From Ascidiella aspersa (Eukaryota), in assembly GCA_963924565.1 (NCBI GenBank), contig OZ004610.1, positions 9,362,001 through 9,426,000 on the forward strand: a stretch of 64,000 bases of DNA, in the 5' to 3' direction. How positions within the stretch are numbered: the first letter of the stretch is position 1; every line of letters begins with the position of its first letter. The position numbers and the translations under genes are program-made. The notes below the pieces were generated by a model, which saw nothing but the letters and a program-made list of their open reading frames with translations, made no database searches and had not been told where the DNA came from. Shown piece after piece: positions 1 to 12,700 of this stretch.

Positions 1-94
1 GAAACGCGTATTTATTGCCATATTTGGAAACGAGACAATGGTGATATTACAACAAACAAGACTTTTGCCACGTCACCAATACCAGTCATCTCAC

Positions 95-3000
95 CTGGCC
101 TGCAAACGATTAGGGCTCCAATCAGGCCGGTGTGAACGTCACGTGACGAGTCGACGTGGGAGTGATAGGTCCACGTCATGCAGTTTGGGTCATCGGGAGC
201 TGGGCCGAAGCTTTGAACAAGGATGTTTTAGCACGTGTACTTCAACGTATTACGTTTTTAACTCGGATTTTTAACGTTGGAAGGTACCTTTGCGCGCGTT
301 TAGTCTTAACTAACTGAACAACTACTGTACATTTAGATGGAGAGCGACATTGTGAAAACTTGCTTTGGTGTTTCTACCTTGTATTAAAACTGTGTGTTAG
401 TGAAATAGGCTTACATATAAGATGTATATAACAACGTCGTTTTTTTGTGATATAACAGATGACTTGCTCCAATTGTATAGTGCAGGTGCTTTCACACAGT
501 ATTTTTAATTGGTTAGATTTGACTATAAGTTCGTATGAGGATGATTTCTTTAGCAATTTCACCGTGAAAAATCATTTTCAGAGATTCATCCGTATAAACT
601 TACAGATGTGTATCAAAGAGGATTTTAAGAATGAAACCAAAAGATGAGCACTCTCGAAATTTTGTCCGCTCATAATTTGTCCGTTTTCTTTGATGTATAC
701 TGATGCGTGTCCGTATGTCGCCGTTCGCCTTAAGCCCAATCGCACTCAAATCACTCACCCGGGTTGTCTTTTTACCGAAATAGGCCAAGAAAAGTATGCC
801 AAAAAAAAAACGCAAAAGCGCTTCCGTTCATAGAACGAATACGAAAGCGTACATTAGGCCTAGGGTACAGGGCAAGTCACCCTCGAATCACTCACTCGGG
901 CCTGGCGTGCCAGACGTAGGTGTAGCGACCACCAGGTGGCACACTGTCGCCGCTGGTGTTGGCCGTGTTATCGTTGTACATCGCGCCTTCGTTGGCCTTC
1001 GTGTAGAAGACTCCGTGCGGGTGGGCCGAGTAGTTGCGTGACGCGTTGTTGAACAGGTGGACGATGATTCGGTCGCCAACCTACGTACACGACTGGTAAA
1101 AACGACCTGGGTTACCTTGTAGCCTTTTTGGGGCGCTTTGACTAAGAAATACGCTAAATTTAGGCTTATCGCGCTCATAAGGTTGGGTGGCTTGCGGGTT
1201 TATACATTGAATTTTACCAATATGGACATGTTCTCTTGTAGCTTAAATTATTATTGTTGCCCTAACAAATACACCTGCCCTATTTCGTAAAAAGGTGTTG
1301 TTTTTTTAATAGTTTTTCGAAAAATGTGTACCAAATAAATTGTGAAAAGGGAAAATACCTGCAGATGGAAAGTTAAAATTAGTTTATCGCGGCCCAAGCT
1401 TCAAATTAGGCCTACCACAACTGTAAAAAATAGCCTAATAGAACTACTTTGAGGATTCTAAGTGCGACCTTGTGGGGCTGTGGTTGTCCCAAATGTTTTT
1501 TAATCCGTTTCAAACTGTTTTATTTTTTACAACTGCCTTTTCAATGTAGCGCAGGATCCATGCAAACCAAAGTTTTTCACCTATTAAATTCAAACATGTC
1601 TTCTTAATAGATGGGTTTTATACCGTTTTGTGGTAGACACAGAGGTATGATATAGGGCAAGGCTATATTGAAACGTAAATTTTTCAACGAAATTTAAAAT
1701 CACAATTATTTTATTTCGCAAACAAAAAATGTCGTTTTCACTCAGGATATATTACTCGCCTAAAAATTTAGCCGATTAATCAATGGATTACGTTTATGGT
1801 CAATGAAGGACGTATTAGCATACAAAGTGCGGCGTGAAGTTAAAATGCGTAAAGCGGATTATATTACGTTTGTCTGACTATAATTACATTTGCGCTTTCA
1901 ACCTAAAGTCGTCCAGCAAGTTGTATATCTCGGAATGTGCCGTGAGTCACTAAGTAGCAACGAAACATTTCCATACAAGATCATGTCTATTTTCAAGCCA
2001 GATTGTATCTAACGGAATTTACGGGGTTCGTGTGTATAGGGAGTGTATAGTGAGGAGTGAGAAAACGGAAATTAAATCTTGTGGTATAGACCTTTTCCTC
2101 TATATAACGTTTAGAATAACTTTACTTCATTTGACTTTGTTGTTAAAAAGTTGAAAATATATGATTTTATAAAACTACTTGATTTTGAAAGTAAACATTA
2201 ATTCAAATGTAGAATCCAGCATATTTGATTTATTGTTTGTTAGTTCTAAACTAGGGATGACTAACCCGCGGGCCGCCTGATGTTTACGTGCGGCCCACCA
2301 CTTATTCTCACATTCAGTAGCCTTAATTTAAAACTATTGTTTCGACTATCATCAAAACGTGTAGAACGTGCAGCATTTTGTGTAGGCCTAATCTTATGTT
2401 TTTCTGAGACTATAATCGAGTCTAATGTCGCATTTAAACATCCATCGAACACTTGTGCACCCATCATTGTTAAGTAAGGTGTGTTTTTGTAAATGTGTGG
2501 TTTGCGGACGCTTTAAGAAGATATATCAGCTCAAAGGTGTCGTACCATGGCATGACACGACATGTCAACTCAATAAGCTTTGCGCGATAAGGCCTAGCAT
2601 ATTTGCGCACGAGTTCACTCTCGAAGAGCGGGTGTTTATAAATTAAGTTGTTTTAAAACGTCACAATATGACGTAACTTATGACGTTACCCCTTTAATTT
2701 AATATATTTTGCGGCCCCTCGAAATTTTTAAAGGCCCTTTCAGCTAAAGGTTGGTCATCCCTGTTTTAAACAAACAACTGCTTGTTTTCCAGGTAAAACT
2801 GTATTGGAAACAGTACAGTGAATTTTTGTCCTATACTTCGTATTATATTCCGATACCGATACCTGGTACTGTGAACAAAAAGTGCGACTGTGTGAACCGA
2901 TACTAAATGTATCGCTAAATAAGCAAAATAAGATCAAAATTCACTTGGCTTAGAAGGTATATTCAGGTATTAAATGAACTGTTGTATTTAGTTGTCCATT

Positions 3001-4065
3001 TCTTACTTTAAAAAAAATGTAAACCTTTATGGTAAAAATCGCTGCTTTAGAACTCAACCTGTCAGTTTGATATCGGTTCGGCGCCGATACCACCTTATAG
3101 TATCGAGTATACTAATGCAACTACTATATTACTAGGCATACCTACATGTTTTTTGTTAAAATTACACTTTGCTATTTATTTAAAGGTTTTTAGCTAACAA
3201 GTTTCCAATGCCATATAGCGATGCTCAGGCGAAGGCTATACTACACACTACGAGGACACAATTTAAAAGGTCGCACAACCTACCTCAGCCTGAATCGTGG
3301 GTCCCATGAATCCGAGGTTGGGGTCGTGTGGCACCTCGGTCGTAAAACTGCCGTCCGTGTACCTCCTGTAGACTGCCTTCTTGTACTTCTTGCCGATGAA
3401 CATGCCGCTGTAGATGTTCGCTATTCTGCGAGATGTGCATTAGGTGTACCCCACTCGTTTAAGTAGATATTATGCGTAGCGAAAGAAGTTTCAACCCACG
3501 CTAAAACCCAAATGTTTTGTTTTGTGGTAATACATAACTTAATACGGCTACTTAAACTCCCGCATTTCTCTTAAAAATCAAGTTATTTAAGTTGTATTGT
3601 GTTCTTTAAAAAACTATTTTAAAATTACAAATGAACATCAGATCTCGGGATTTAACACACCAGAATGCTATATAACCTAAATGGAGGATCCAGACAAAAC
3701 CACAAAGGTTGTGAACAGATCCAAAAACAACTTTATTCAACAAGAGCAGAACACTATTTAGTTGCGCAAATAGAATCGTCAGTTCTGCTAAGATTCTTAA
3801 TTCGAAAGAGCCGGCTTAGATCCTGGGGAAGGCTTAGATCTCGATATTAACAAAAAACGATTATATTATTATTTCATTAACTAAATGGAGAATGTTAAAT
3901 TACTTACTTTTCGTATGTCAGCCTGTTGCCAGTAAGCAAGTTGAGGTCGGTGGGCGCGTAGTCCCAGATGACGTCCTTGATGGCCAGATAGTAGACCCTG
4001 TCCGCTGCCCTGGACACGGGTGCCAAAAACAAGCAAAGAAGCGCGATTGCAGCAAAGCGCAACAT
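95..4065 (-). CDS. Ceruloplasmin/hephaestin-like multicopper ferroxidase, 5' part (exons 4065-3908, 3425-3284, 1080-896, 210-95; continues beyond left edge)
   Basis: Spliced translation: [20 protein letters not shown] (signal peptide) [47 protein letters not shown]|[74 protein letters not shown]. The HPH and YHSH copper motifs of cupredoxin domain 1 are present. All introns are GT-AG, phases 2,0,2,1. CP cannot be told from HEPH without the C-terminus. Confidence 0.93.
2252..2763. mobile_element. Non-autonomous hAT MITE in a ferroxidase intron
   Basis: Terminal inverted repeats (TIRs) TAGGGATGACTAACC / GGTTGGTCATCCCTG; TSD TTCTAAAC / TTTTAAAC. Confidence 0.8.
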
Positions 4066-4997
4066 TACGAAACCACGCGAAAGCAACGACTTTAAGCAGT
4101 TGCGAAAGTTTACAGTTAAATATCTAAGCCTGGAATCATAGCAAAAGCTTTCTTTTTATTGTAAACAAGATACATATACCCATGCAAGTCTATTGTCTGA
4201 ATAACAACCGATCCTGGGTTTCTAGTTTCAGGCAAACGCCGGCCGTATAGAAATGAGGATACTTGGACACCAGTCGATTCTACCACAGCTTTGTCCCTGA
4301 CGCAGCAGCACTTAAAAACATATATACGCAGGTAGAGTGGGAAGAACGCTACCGTTGCTTAACCAATATATTCGCCTAAGGCAGCCGGCAAGAGGTTGCT
4401 AAGAGAAATGTATATCACTTATCATCTTACATAAACCCGGGTAGCGCGTATAGGCAACCTGCCCCGGAGGCTTTTTAATCATCAGGAAAGAGCGTTTGAA
4501 AGGTTATGCACATTCTCATGTGACTAAATGTCAAAAATATCGAACGTCAACTCGCAACTTTAAAATTTGGCAATGGAATTTTGTTGCATAAGCGAACAAG
4601 CCGTCCCAAGCTGTTTGAAGTGTTAGAACTCGTCAACGGTCCACTCGTTTGCGGGGCCCACTATTGACTATACAGTAACACCGCTATGTTAAAATCCACC
4701 TTTGGCACTTTAGAAAGCTATTTCACAACTACGGTGGTGAAACAAACTAAAGGTTTGCCTTAGCGTATATGAAGTTCACCGATTTGAATATAGGTCATGA
4801 ACATTAATGCCTCCACCAGTCTGTATTTGTTGTAATTTTTATGAAACTTTTGTGGGCCCGGCACGTTGTTCAAATATCTTAAGTAACAGTTAGACGGAAA
4901 CTCTGGATTTTAAAAGAATACGGTTGTCGAGCCGTGCGATTAGTCATTTGTTTCAATGCTTAGTCATTTGTATCCACTAGATTGCATTGTTATAGCA

Positions 4998-6060
4998 CAG
5001 TGGTTCTCAAACTTTTTCTAAAAAATTACGCAACGGTCCCCTAACACTTTTTTCAGTTGCTCGCGGTCCCCTTAAAAATACACACAAATAAACATAAAAT
5101 GACACGTTTGGATGGGACGGGTGCATTTACAGTCTTAGATAGGCTTGTTGATGCCGTATTTAGTATTGTAACGCTAACAAAATGACTTTATTTGAGTGAT
5201 AAGTTTTTAAACCGCGACCGTACAACCCACAATGGCAGCACAGCAAGCTGTAGTAACGTAATACTTATTAGCATAACTTATGATTATGACGTCACAATGA
5301 ACAATTCAGCTCAAAGCATGCAATCACGTGAATGAACAACTGATCGTAGCTTTTCATGACGAGTGCAAACCAGGGCTGGGGAGACGGAGACGGAGCCGGA
5401 GCTGGAGCCCGTAGCCCGGAGCTAAGCATTTTCTCTGGAGCCAGAGCCAGAGCCGGAGCCGGAGCCATTGTTATTATTTTTGTGGAGCTGGAGCCGGAGC
5501 CAGAGCCAGTTTTATTATTTTTGTGGAGCCGGAGCCGGAGCCATTTATATTATTTTTGTGGAGCTGGAGCCGGAGCCGGAGCCGGAGCCCTTTTTATTAT
5601 TTTTGTGGAACTGGAGCCCTTTTTCAATTTTTGGTGCTAAAGCTAAGAAATTATATTTTGTTCCATCTCCAACGTTAGTTAGCCAAAAGCAATTTTTAAA
5701 ACTTGCCATTGAATAAGTGACTGGTGGCACCGGAGCTGGAGCCGGAGTTATTGGGTGTATGTTTGATGGCTCCGGAGCTGGAGCCGGAGCCAAAGGATAT
5801 GAGTTTTACTACTCCGGAGCTGGAGCCGGAGCCAAAGGATTGAGTTTTACGACTCCGGAGCTGGAGCCGGAGCCATTTAATAATTGCCTGATGGCTCCGG
5901 AGCTGGAGCCGGAGCTAATGCTATTTTACGGTGGCTCCCCAGCCCTGGCTGCAAACACGTTGAAATTAAAATGTTCTCCTTCAGGAGGTCTAGTTGATTT
6001 TTGTTAGGTGTTTCGCGGTCCCAGAAAATTGTCTCGCGGACCCCAGTTTGAGAACCACTA
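4998..6060. mobile_element. hAT MITE carrying a nested insertion
   Basis: TIRs CAGTGGTTCTCAAACT / AGTTTGAGAACCACTA; perfect 8-bp TSD TTATAGCA. Confidence 0.9.
5371..5947. mobile_element. Nested hAT-type MITE with an internal GGAGCC/GGAGCT minisatellite
   Basis: TIRs CAGGGCTGGGGAG / CTCCCCAGCCCTG; near-TSD GTGCAAAC / GCTGCAAAC; many GGAGCY hexamers. Confidence 0.85.
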
Positions 6061-6457
6061 TTATAGCATTATGTAACACAGGGGTCGGCAACCTTTTTTG
6101 CACTGCGGACCGGTTTAAAACTGAAATTTTGTCGCGGACCGGCCTTAAAAAAATGTTCAGTAAAGAAAAATTATTCCAACTTTTTTTAATTCGAACTTTA
6201 TGCTTGTTTTGTCGCAAAGAGATGCTCCTATATAGGCATTATTGAACTTACTGAAACCTAACCTAAATTACACTTGTATATACCATTGCCGATTCCTATA
6301 TTCTTACCAGCTTGTCAAAATAAGGATATTTAAAGCATTCGTTCAAAAGAAGTCACACTTTGTAACCTATATTGATGTATTATATAACCTATAATGATGT
6401 ATTTCAGATCCCATTTTCGATCAGGTCCTACATGACACTTTATTAGTTAGCCTACGT

Positions 6458-7001
6458 CAGGGGCGGGCAACGTGCGGCCCGCGGGCCGCATGCGGCCCTT
6501 CGCCTTCTTCCAGATATTTTTCCCTAAATAAGGGTATTTTGTGCGCACCAATGTTGAAGCTTTTGCTCTTTCAGTTTCCTGTTAAAAAGTACAATGTAAT
6601 CCATAGGCTACACCGCTACACTAAGGCAGTTGTTCAACTCGAATGGGAAGCATCTATTACAAAACAATCTTTATTCATAAAATTTTACTTGCGTCACATT
6701 GGTATGATAAAGAATTGTTTTGCAACAATTACACTTGTCTGCTACGACTTTTGCCGGGCATATTATTGACTGAGATGTTATGTTTAACAGCTGGTTTTTA
6801 ATTATTGCTGTTAAATAGTTTGCGTCTAACCACATCTGGCCTGGAACCAAACATTGACAAGTTGGTTCAAAATATCCAACATCAGCCTTCTCACTAACTT
6901 CTATTTGAACATCCACATGTTTGTCTGCTATGATGTGCTGCCCTCCTGTAAGCATTAAATTTCCTAACTGGCCCATGTGTTAAAAAGGTTGCCCGCCCCT
7001 G
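6458..7001. mobile_element. Nested hAT MITE
   Basis: Perfect TIRs CAGGGGCGGGCAAC / GTTGCCCGCCCCTG; perfect TSD GCCTACGT. Confidence 0.92.
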
Positions 7002-7510
7002 GCCTACGTAATATAAAAACGACAAAAAATAATGACACAGACCGACACCTAAAAAGTATAGGATAGACATACGAACAAGGCTTGCCAGATTGGATTTTTT
7101 GACAACAAATTTCATAAATCTGGCCTTTTTCAACGTGGTTGAAGTTAGAAAAATCATTAGGCTTTTTCTGTCATTTTTATAGAGTCTAAAACTAAAATTA
7201 TAGAGGCTAAAAGTAATTAAAATGCATACGTTTTTTTTGTAACCTTTCCTACTTTTATCAAAATAATAAATTATTTCATTATGGGACATTTGGCTAAATT
7301 TCCATTGCACTTCAAGGTGAGCACGCTTAAACATGAAAAACATTATATTTTATCCCATTTTTTGATATATTTTAAGTGCTAGAAGTTAGATTTTGTAATA
7401 AAAACATGCATTTTTGGATGTTGTGAACGTTCTATATACCTCATATGGCCACAGCACAGTTGTTGTAAACCTCATGATAGTCAAATACAACTCTTATGTA
7501 TCATTAATAG

Positions 7511-7600
7511 TAGAGATAGACCGATATATCGGTTTACAGATAATATCGGACGATATTTGGCTTCTACCGATATATCGGTATCGGTAAATGTAGGCCGATA
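7511..7600. mobile_element. One end of a CCGATA-repeat MITE (fragment)
   Basis: TAGAGATAGACCGATATATCGG terminus with repeated CCGATA/TATCGG. Similar motifs occur near 2850, 3070 and 15890. No second TIR found. Confidence 0.45.
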
Positions 7601-9523
7601 CTTTTAGAACGAAAATATAATATATATCTACCTATACAACAAACAACCTACCCATTTTGATAAAAAAGCGAAGTGGTTTGATGTTGGTGACTCACTCCTG
7701 GTGCGAGCATTCAACATCTCTTTAGTTCAGCATCTCAACAAATCTCAATAGTTGGTAAGGCGGAGTAGCTTGATACTAATTGTGTTTTTTTTTATCATAC
7801 CAATCAAACATGGGGTATATTAAAACGAAAGTGAATGTGTTTTAAATATAAAAATACATTTAATTGTTTTTGATGTTTTACGTACAGTTCGTGTTTGAAA
7901 AAAATATTTTTTTTGTCAACTCTGCTACGGACCGGTAACAAACTGCTCGCGGACCAGCGGTTGCCGACCACTGATGTAGCACAAGACAGGTTTCGTTTTT
8001 TACTCTGGTCGACTTTGACTGTTTGTATTGCTTAGGTATGAATATACGTTTTATTAGGTTGATGATCCCAATATGGGAGACATATATCTTACGAAATATT
8101 GACTTATTGCTTGCAAAAACTGTCTAATGATTTATTTTAATGTGATTTTAAATGAATAATATAGCCACGGGAAGAGTTTTGTCTGGACCGCAGTGGAATC
8201 CAAAATTCAACAGGGCAAAATTCAACACACTCTTCCGAACTTCCGGTCTACGTAACCTAGAAACTACTTATTGGAGAAGCATTAAATTTAAAAGAAAATA
8301 AAAAGGCCACATTTACTTCAAAATAGGTTTGTATTTTCAACAGACATTAAAGTTCGTCTCAACTGCATTGATTATAGCCTATTAGTCAGCGAAAAAGTGA
8401 AATCAAGAAAAAGAACAAGAGAAAGATAAAAGTCCTTTGACGTGCGACAAGTCGCATATACGGCAACATTATAGACTTACACTCTTAAAGGTGTTTCAGT
8501 GGCGCAACACACACACACATATAAAGGAACGCTACAGAGTATTGACGTGGCACGCAGCACAGTGCTAGTATATTGTAGAATCAAACTGCGATATTAATAG
8601 AGCTCGGAATCTGACGCGCGAAAAAGAGTGACTGTGACTCACGGCGGCACGCGACACGACGCAACGTAACGCGACGCGACGTGCGTTGAGTGGCGCGGCC
8701 TACGCGTTCTCAAAAAAAGTGCACGCGTGACTCGATGCACCGTCGTTTCGTCTTGCTTTGGGTCGCGTGGAGACGGAGCCGTTCAGTGGCCTGTGTAACC
8801 GAGACTTCTGGTGACCTGTGTAATAGGTCGAGCGTGGCCGAAACGGGAAACTGTAGTACGAAGACCGATGTTTAAAGAAGTTTTATTGTTTTAATGTAGC
8901 AGGCGTAAACGGATCCCACCGCGTATGACGCTAACGTGGTCCGAGGTACATACAAACAACTGGTCTAGTTCGTTTAAATTGCTAGCATATAGTGTTTGTG
9001 ACGCAAAATTATTTTACATATTACCAATTTATCCGCAGTTTTACCGGTTACCGCCCGTGTTTTCAAATTCGCACGTGTTTCACATGCCTTAAAAGAGCTG
9101 ATATGGGTGGTAATCCGATAACAAATTAGAAATACATGAGAAAAATAGTTCAGACGAAAGTAGTCATATTTTTAAAGCTAATGTTAAATGTGGGTGAATC
9201 GCCCGTTTCAATTTCATGAATTATTATTTTTTAAATAATGTCATTATTTGGTCTAAGAACCGGAAGGCAGTCTTTTTCGTACAAAACGTCGTCAGAATAG
9301 AAAACGAAGCATCAGACATGCCTAGTAGGCGGCATAGAAGTTTTTTTTACGAATTTAACGAAATTATCAACAGTAACGAAATCATTTGGTATCGGACGGC
9401 TCTATATTTCGCCCAAAATATCGGGTATTGGTGCCGCAATAAACTACCGGACATTTTCGACAATAGAAATGTGCACTGCCCTTCTCGCGTCGAGTGTTCC
9501 GTCCTCCACAAACACCGCAACCA

Positions 9524-9707
9524 AGCAGCACTACATAATAGCGGCTGCGGCATTCATATCGTTTCTGAACCCAGCAGCACTACACAATAGCGGCTGCGGC
9601 ATTCGACTAGTTGCTGAAACCAGCATCACTACACAATAGCTGCTGTGGCATTCATATCGTTTCTGAACCCAGCAGCACTACACAATAGCTGCTGCGGCAT
9701 TCGACTC
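9524..9707. repeat. 49-bp minisatellite (about 3.7 units, alternating A/B variants) in the BOK 3' UTR
   Basis: Unit AGCAGCACTACACAATAGCGGCTGCGGCATTC-N17 starts at 9524, 9573, 9622 and 9671. Confidence 0.9.
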
Positions 9708-9760
9708 ATTTCAGTTCGTTCGACGGTCGTCGTTGTCGCTAGTTGCACGGCCCCGGCCGA

Positions 9761-12700
9761 CTAAAAGAAAAGCCTCTCACAGTCGTGCAGGAAGAGCATG
9801 CTGACGACGGTGAGCGCGGCGGTGGCGAGCGCGTGCCTGACGTATTTGCGCGGGACGATCTCGAGCCGTAGCCCGGAGTAGCCTCTCCGGACGTTCTGCT
9901 GCGTGTCGAAGTGCTCCACCAGGGTCGCCTGCGTTCATGGAACGGATAATAATAAACGAGGTGTTGCACTGAATATGTGATAAGATATAAATCACTTTGA
10001 CCCTTGCAAAATAAATGTCGACCTTAATTCCTGATCAGTAACAGCAGAATACTCTGGCAAAGCTAGCAATTCAGGCCAGACACACTTCAAAGATCTTAAC
10101 AAATAATATATATTTCGCCAACAAAAGCATGGTTAGTATATCTTATTTCAATAGAAACATATTTATGAACAAGGTGTTAACTAATATATTTGCCTTTTTT
10201 GTGGTAAATGTTTTTCGCATTTTAACAAAGGGGGACCCAGTAGTTTATTATTACTAAAGAGTGCGCTTAATGATTTTGTTTAAATTTTAGGGCTTAAAAG
10301 TTTAAAACGATTTGAACCCTTTTTATGTCTGTTAGTGGATAAAGTACACCTTGTGGAACGCACAAATCAAGATTTTACGATACTGCAATTTTTGAGCACC
10401 TTTTCGCACCCAAGATAATATGACCACGGTGTGTAAATGACTTGATTTTTGTTTTCATTGTTATAATAGATAGATGTTAAAAAAAAATCGTAATATTTGA
10501 AACGTGGACCTGCAAATCTTAAATCTTGACCTTCCTTATCCCCTTCAGTTTTACCCTGTATGTCATGCGCCAATACCCCTTTTGATGACAATTTTCCCTA
10601 GGGCCCATAACTGGGGTAAATTGCCTATTGTGGTAAAGTTACGTTGTTAAATTGCTAAATTGGATTTGTCGGGCAAACGTTTTCATTTATCAACATGACG
10701 GAAATATTGCATTGGCCTAATCGTTGTTGTGTGGTAATATTATTTTAACTTTCATTGGTAAAAGCAGTATGTTACTCTACCAAGATTAACATTAAAAAAT
10801 AATGTAGTCAGTCATCATCAAGGAGTATAGTCAAGATCAAACGAATGAAAACAACTTCAGGCCTCATTTTGCCAGCGTGGAATGCGTTGAGCGAAATATG
10901 CTGTTTTTTTAATCGCGCTGCAGGTTTTGTCGCAAACCTTATGAATGGTCTGTAAACTAGCAATGCGCTGACGGTTACAATAGCATCTTAACGAGCGTGC
11001 GTCATCGCCGTCCAAAAAACACTCCTCGCGTTGTCATAAAGCTTTGTATGCTTTGCCATAACTTTCGTCCAATTACATTCAATGGCTAACGAACAAATGT
11101 AGGCCGCTTACCCATCCTCCATTCATCAGCACCCAATCCAGCACCGTATGTCGCATGTAGTCGCTCGTGATTGCAATGACACATTCGACCAGCTCGGCAT
11201 TGCCCTGAAGAAGAAAAAGCCGAATACTGTTATATTGAATTCCAAAAGTTTTCAGTGCAGTCCAGGAATACCGCAGCAACTGAAAGGTTTCGTCCGTGAC
11301 ACAAATAAGTTCGTTTGCTTATTTTTAACCGCGTTGCTCGATCGTCGTCCATTAATAGGCGCGCACCACGCACTTTAAACTCCAGCCCAAATTTTCTTAA
11401 ACAGTCTGGCCAATCTTGGACCTAAAAATACTTGACCGGGCATCAAGCCAAGTGTACTGTTTTAGCGACATTCAAGTTCGCTTGAAATGTAATTTAACGC
11501 TCGATTGGCAACAGTGCACTTTTAAACATGACCTGTCGGCATGTCGGCATGTGCTGGAGTCAATTGTGTTATAGGTTCTACCCACGCCATTTGCTGAGAC
11601 GCGGCTTTAAAATAGAGTGAATAAGGTTGATACACGGTTACTCAACACCCGCTTTTAGTTGTGCGTTCAATGAGCGGACGTAAAAAAACTTAATAATAAA
11701 CTCAATTCAAGTTATTAATAAAAAACTGGTCCAAGGTAATCTAATTATACGGACCGATGTAACAAACTCATAATACATAACATTTATTAAGCAAAGCGTC
11801 ACATTGCATTTTGTCAAACACCTAAATATCCCCTTTATTGTTTTACAATTTAAGTAGAGGCAAAAGTGATATTGTCACACAGCCACAGGCCCCTAAAACC
11901 GTCCCTGATACCTAAATTTGTATTTAAAAACAGAAATGCTGCATATAAATTTACCTGCGCCACACAGTCCACCGCCATAGCTCCTGCGATGCAAAATAGC
12001 GAGAGTATTTTTCCCCACGTGAAGCGCCTGCTGTCGGGTCCGAGTATGTGCGTTCCCAGCCGGAAGTACAGTCGCCTTATGATCGGTTCGGAGCAGAAGA
12101 GCTGGCCTACTTGCTTCGAAAGGCTGCCGTACACTCTCGGGTAAAGGTTTTCGAATGCGCAGCCTGCCAGAAACAAATAGCGTTAAAATCACCTGTCAAA
12201 TTCATTTTACAATAAAGTGATGTATAGCCAAACAAAATGAAGCCGTCGTTACGATTGACTATATGATTTGTTAACAACATTGTGAACATGACATAACACC
12301 ATTATATACAAACACAAGTAAAACAAGTTTAATAAAGTTCACGGTAAACGAACCAAATCGGTGTTCCATATAAGGTTAGTATAGTATCACCAAACCATTT
12401 AAGCAATAAAATTGGTTTTCGCGCAATTGCAGGTTCAGTGATCTATTAGGATTTAGCAACATAATTATCAAAAGGTATAAACAATAACAAACATCAGCAC
12501 AGCATTAAACTATATTCATAGTTACTAACAACATTTGCTGGGAATGAAAATCAGTTAAGAGTGCACAACGTGCCTGACCCATACTACCAGCATGAAAAAG
12601 GGGCAGAAATTGACAAACTATGTATGAATTACGGTTAAACATTAAGGCGAAGTGATATTTCCCTGCTACTAAAACTCGAATTAAACATTTGGTATTCAAA

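Larger units (their letters stand above)
6079..7973. mobile_element. hAT MITE expanded by nested insertions
   Basis: TIRs CAGGGGTCGGCAACC / GGTTGCCGACCACTG; TSD ATGTAACA / ATGTAGCA; subterminal CGGACCGG motifs at both ends. Confidence 0.8.

Noticed and set aside
4066-4300. Iron-responsive element in the ferroxidase 5' UTR
   Set aside because: No CAGUGN-loop hairpin was seen on the coding strand.
5356-6007. ORFs with GAGAGA / EPEPEP / APAPAP repeats resembling silk or structural proteins
   Set aside because: They are translations of the GGAGCY hexamer array inside a TIR-bounded MITE, open in several frames on both strands.
9524-9707. CRISPR-like repeat-spacer appearance
   Set aside because: The variable parts recur (ABAB), so they are not unique spacers. 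The context is eukaryotic and no cas genes are present.
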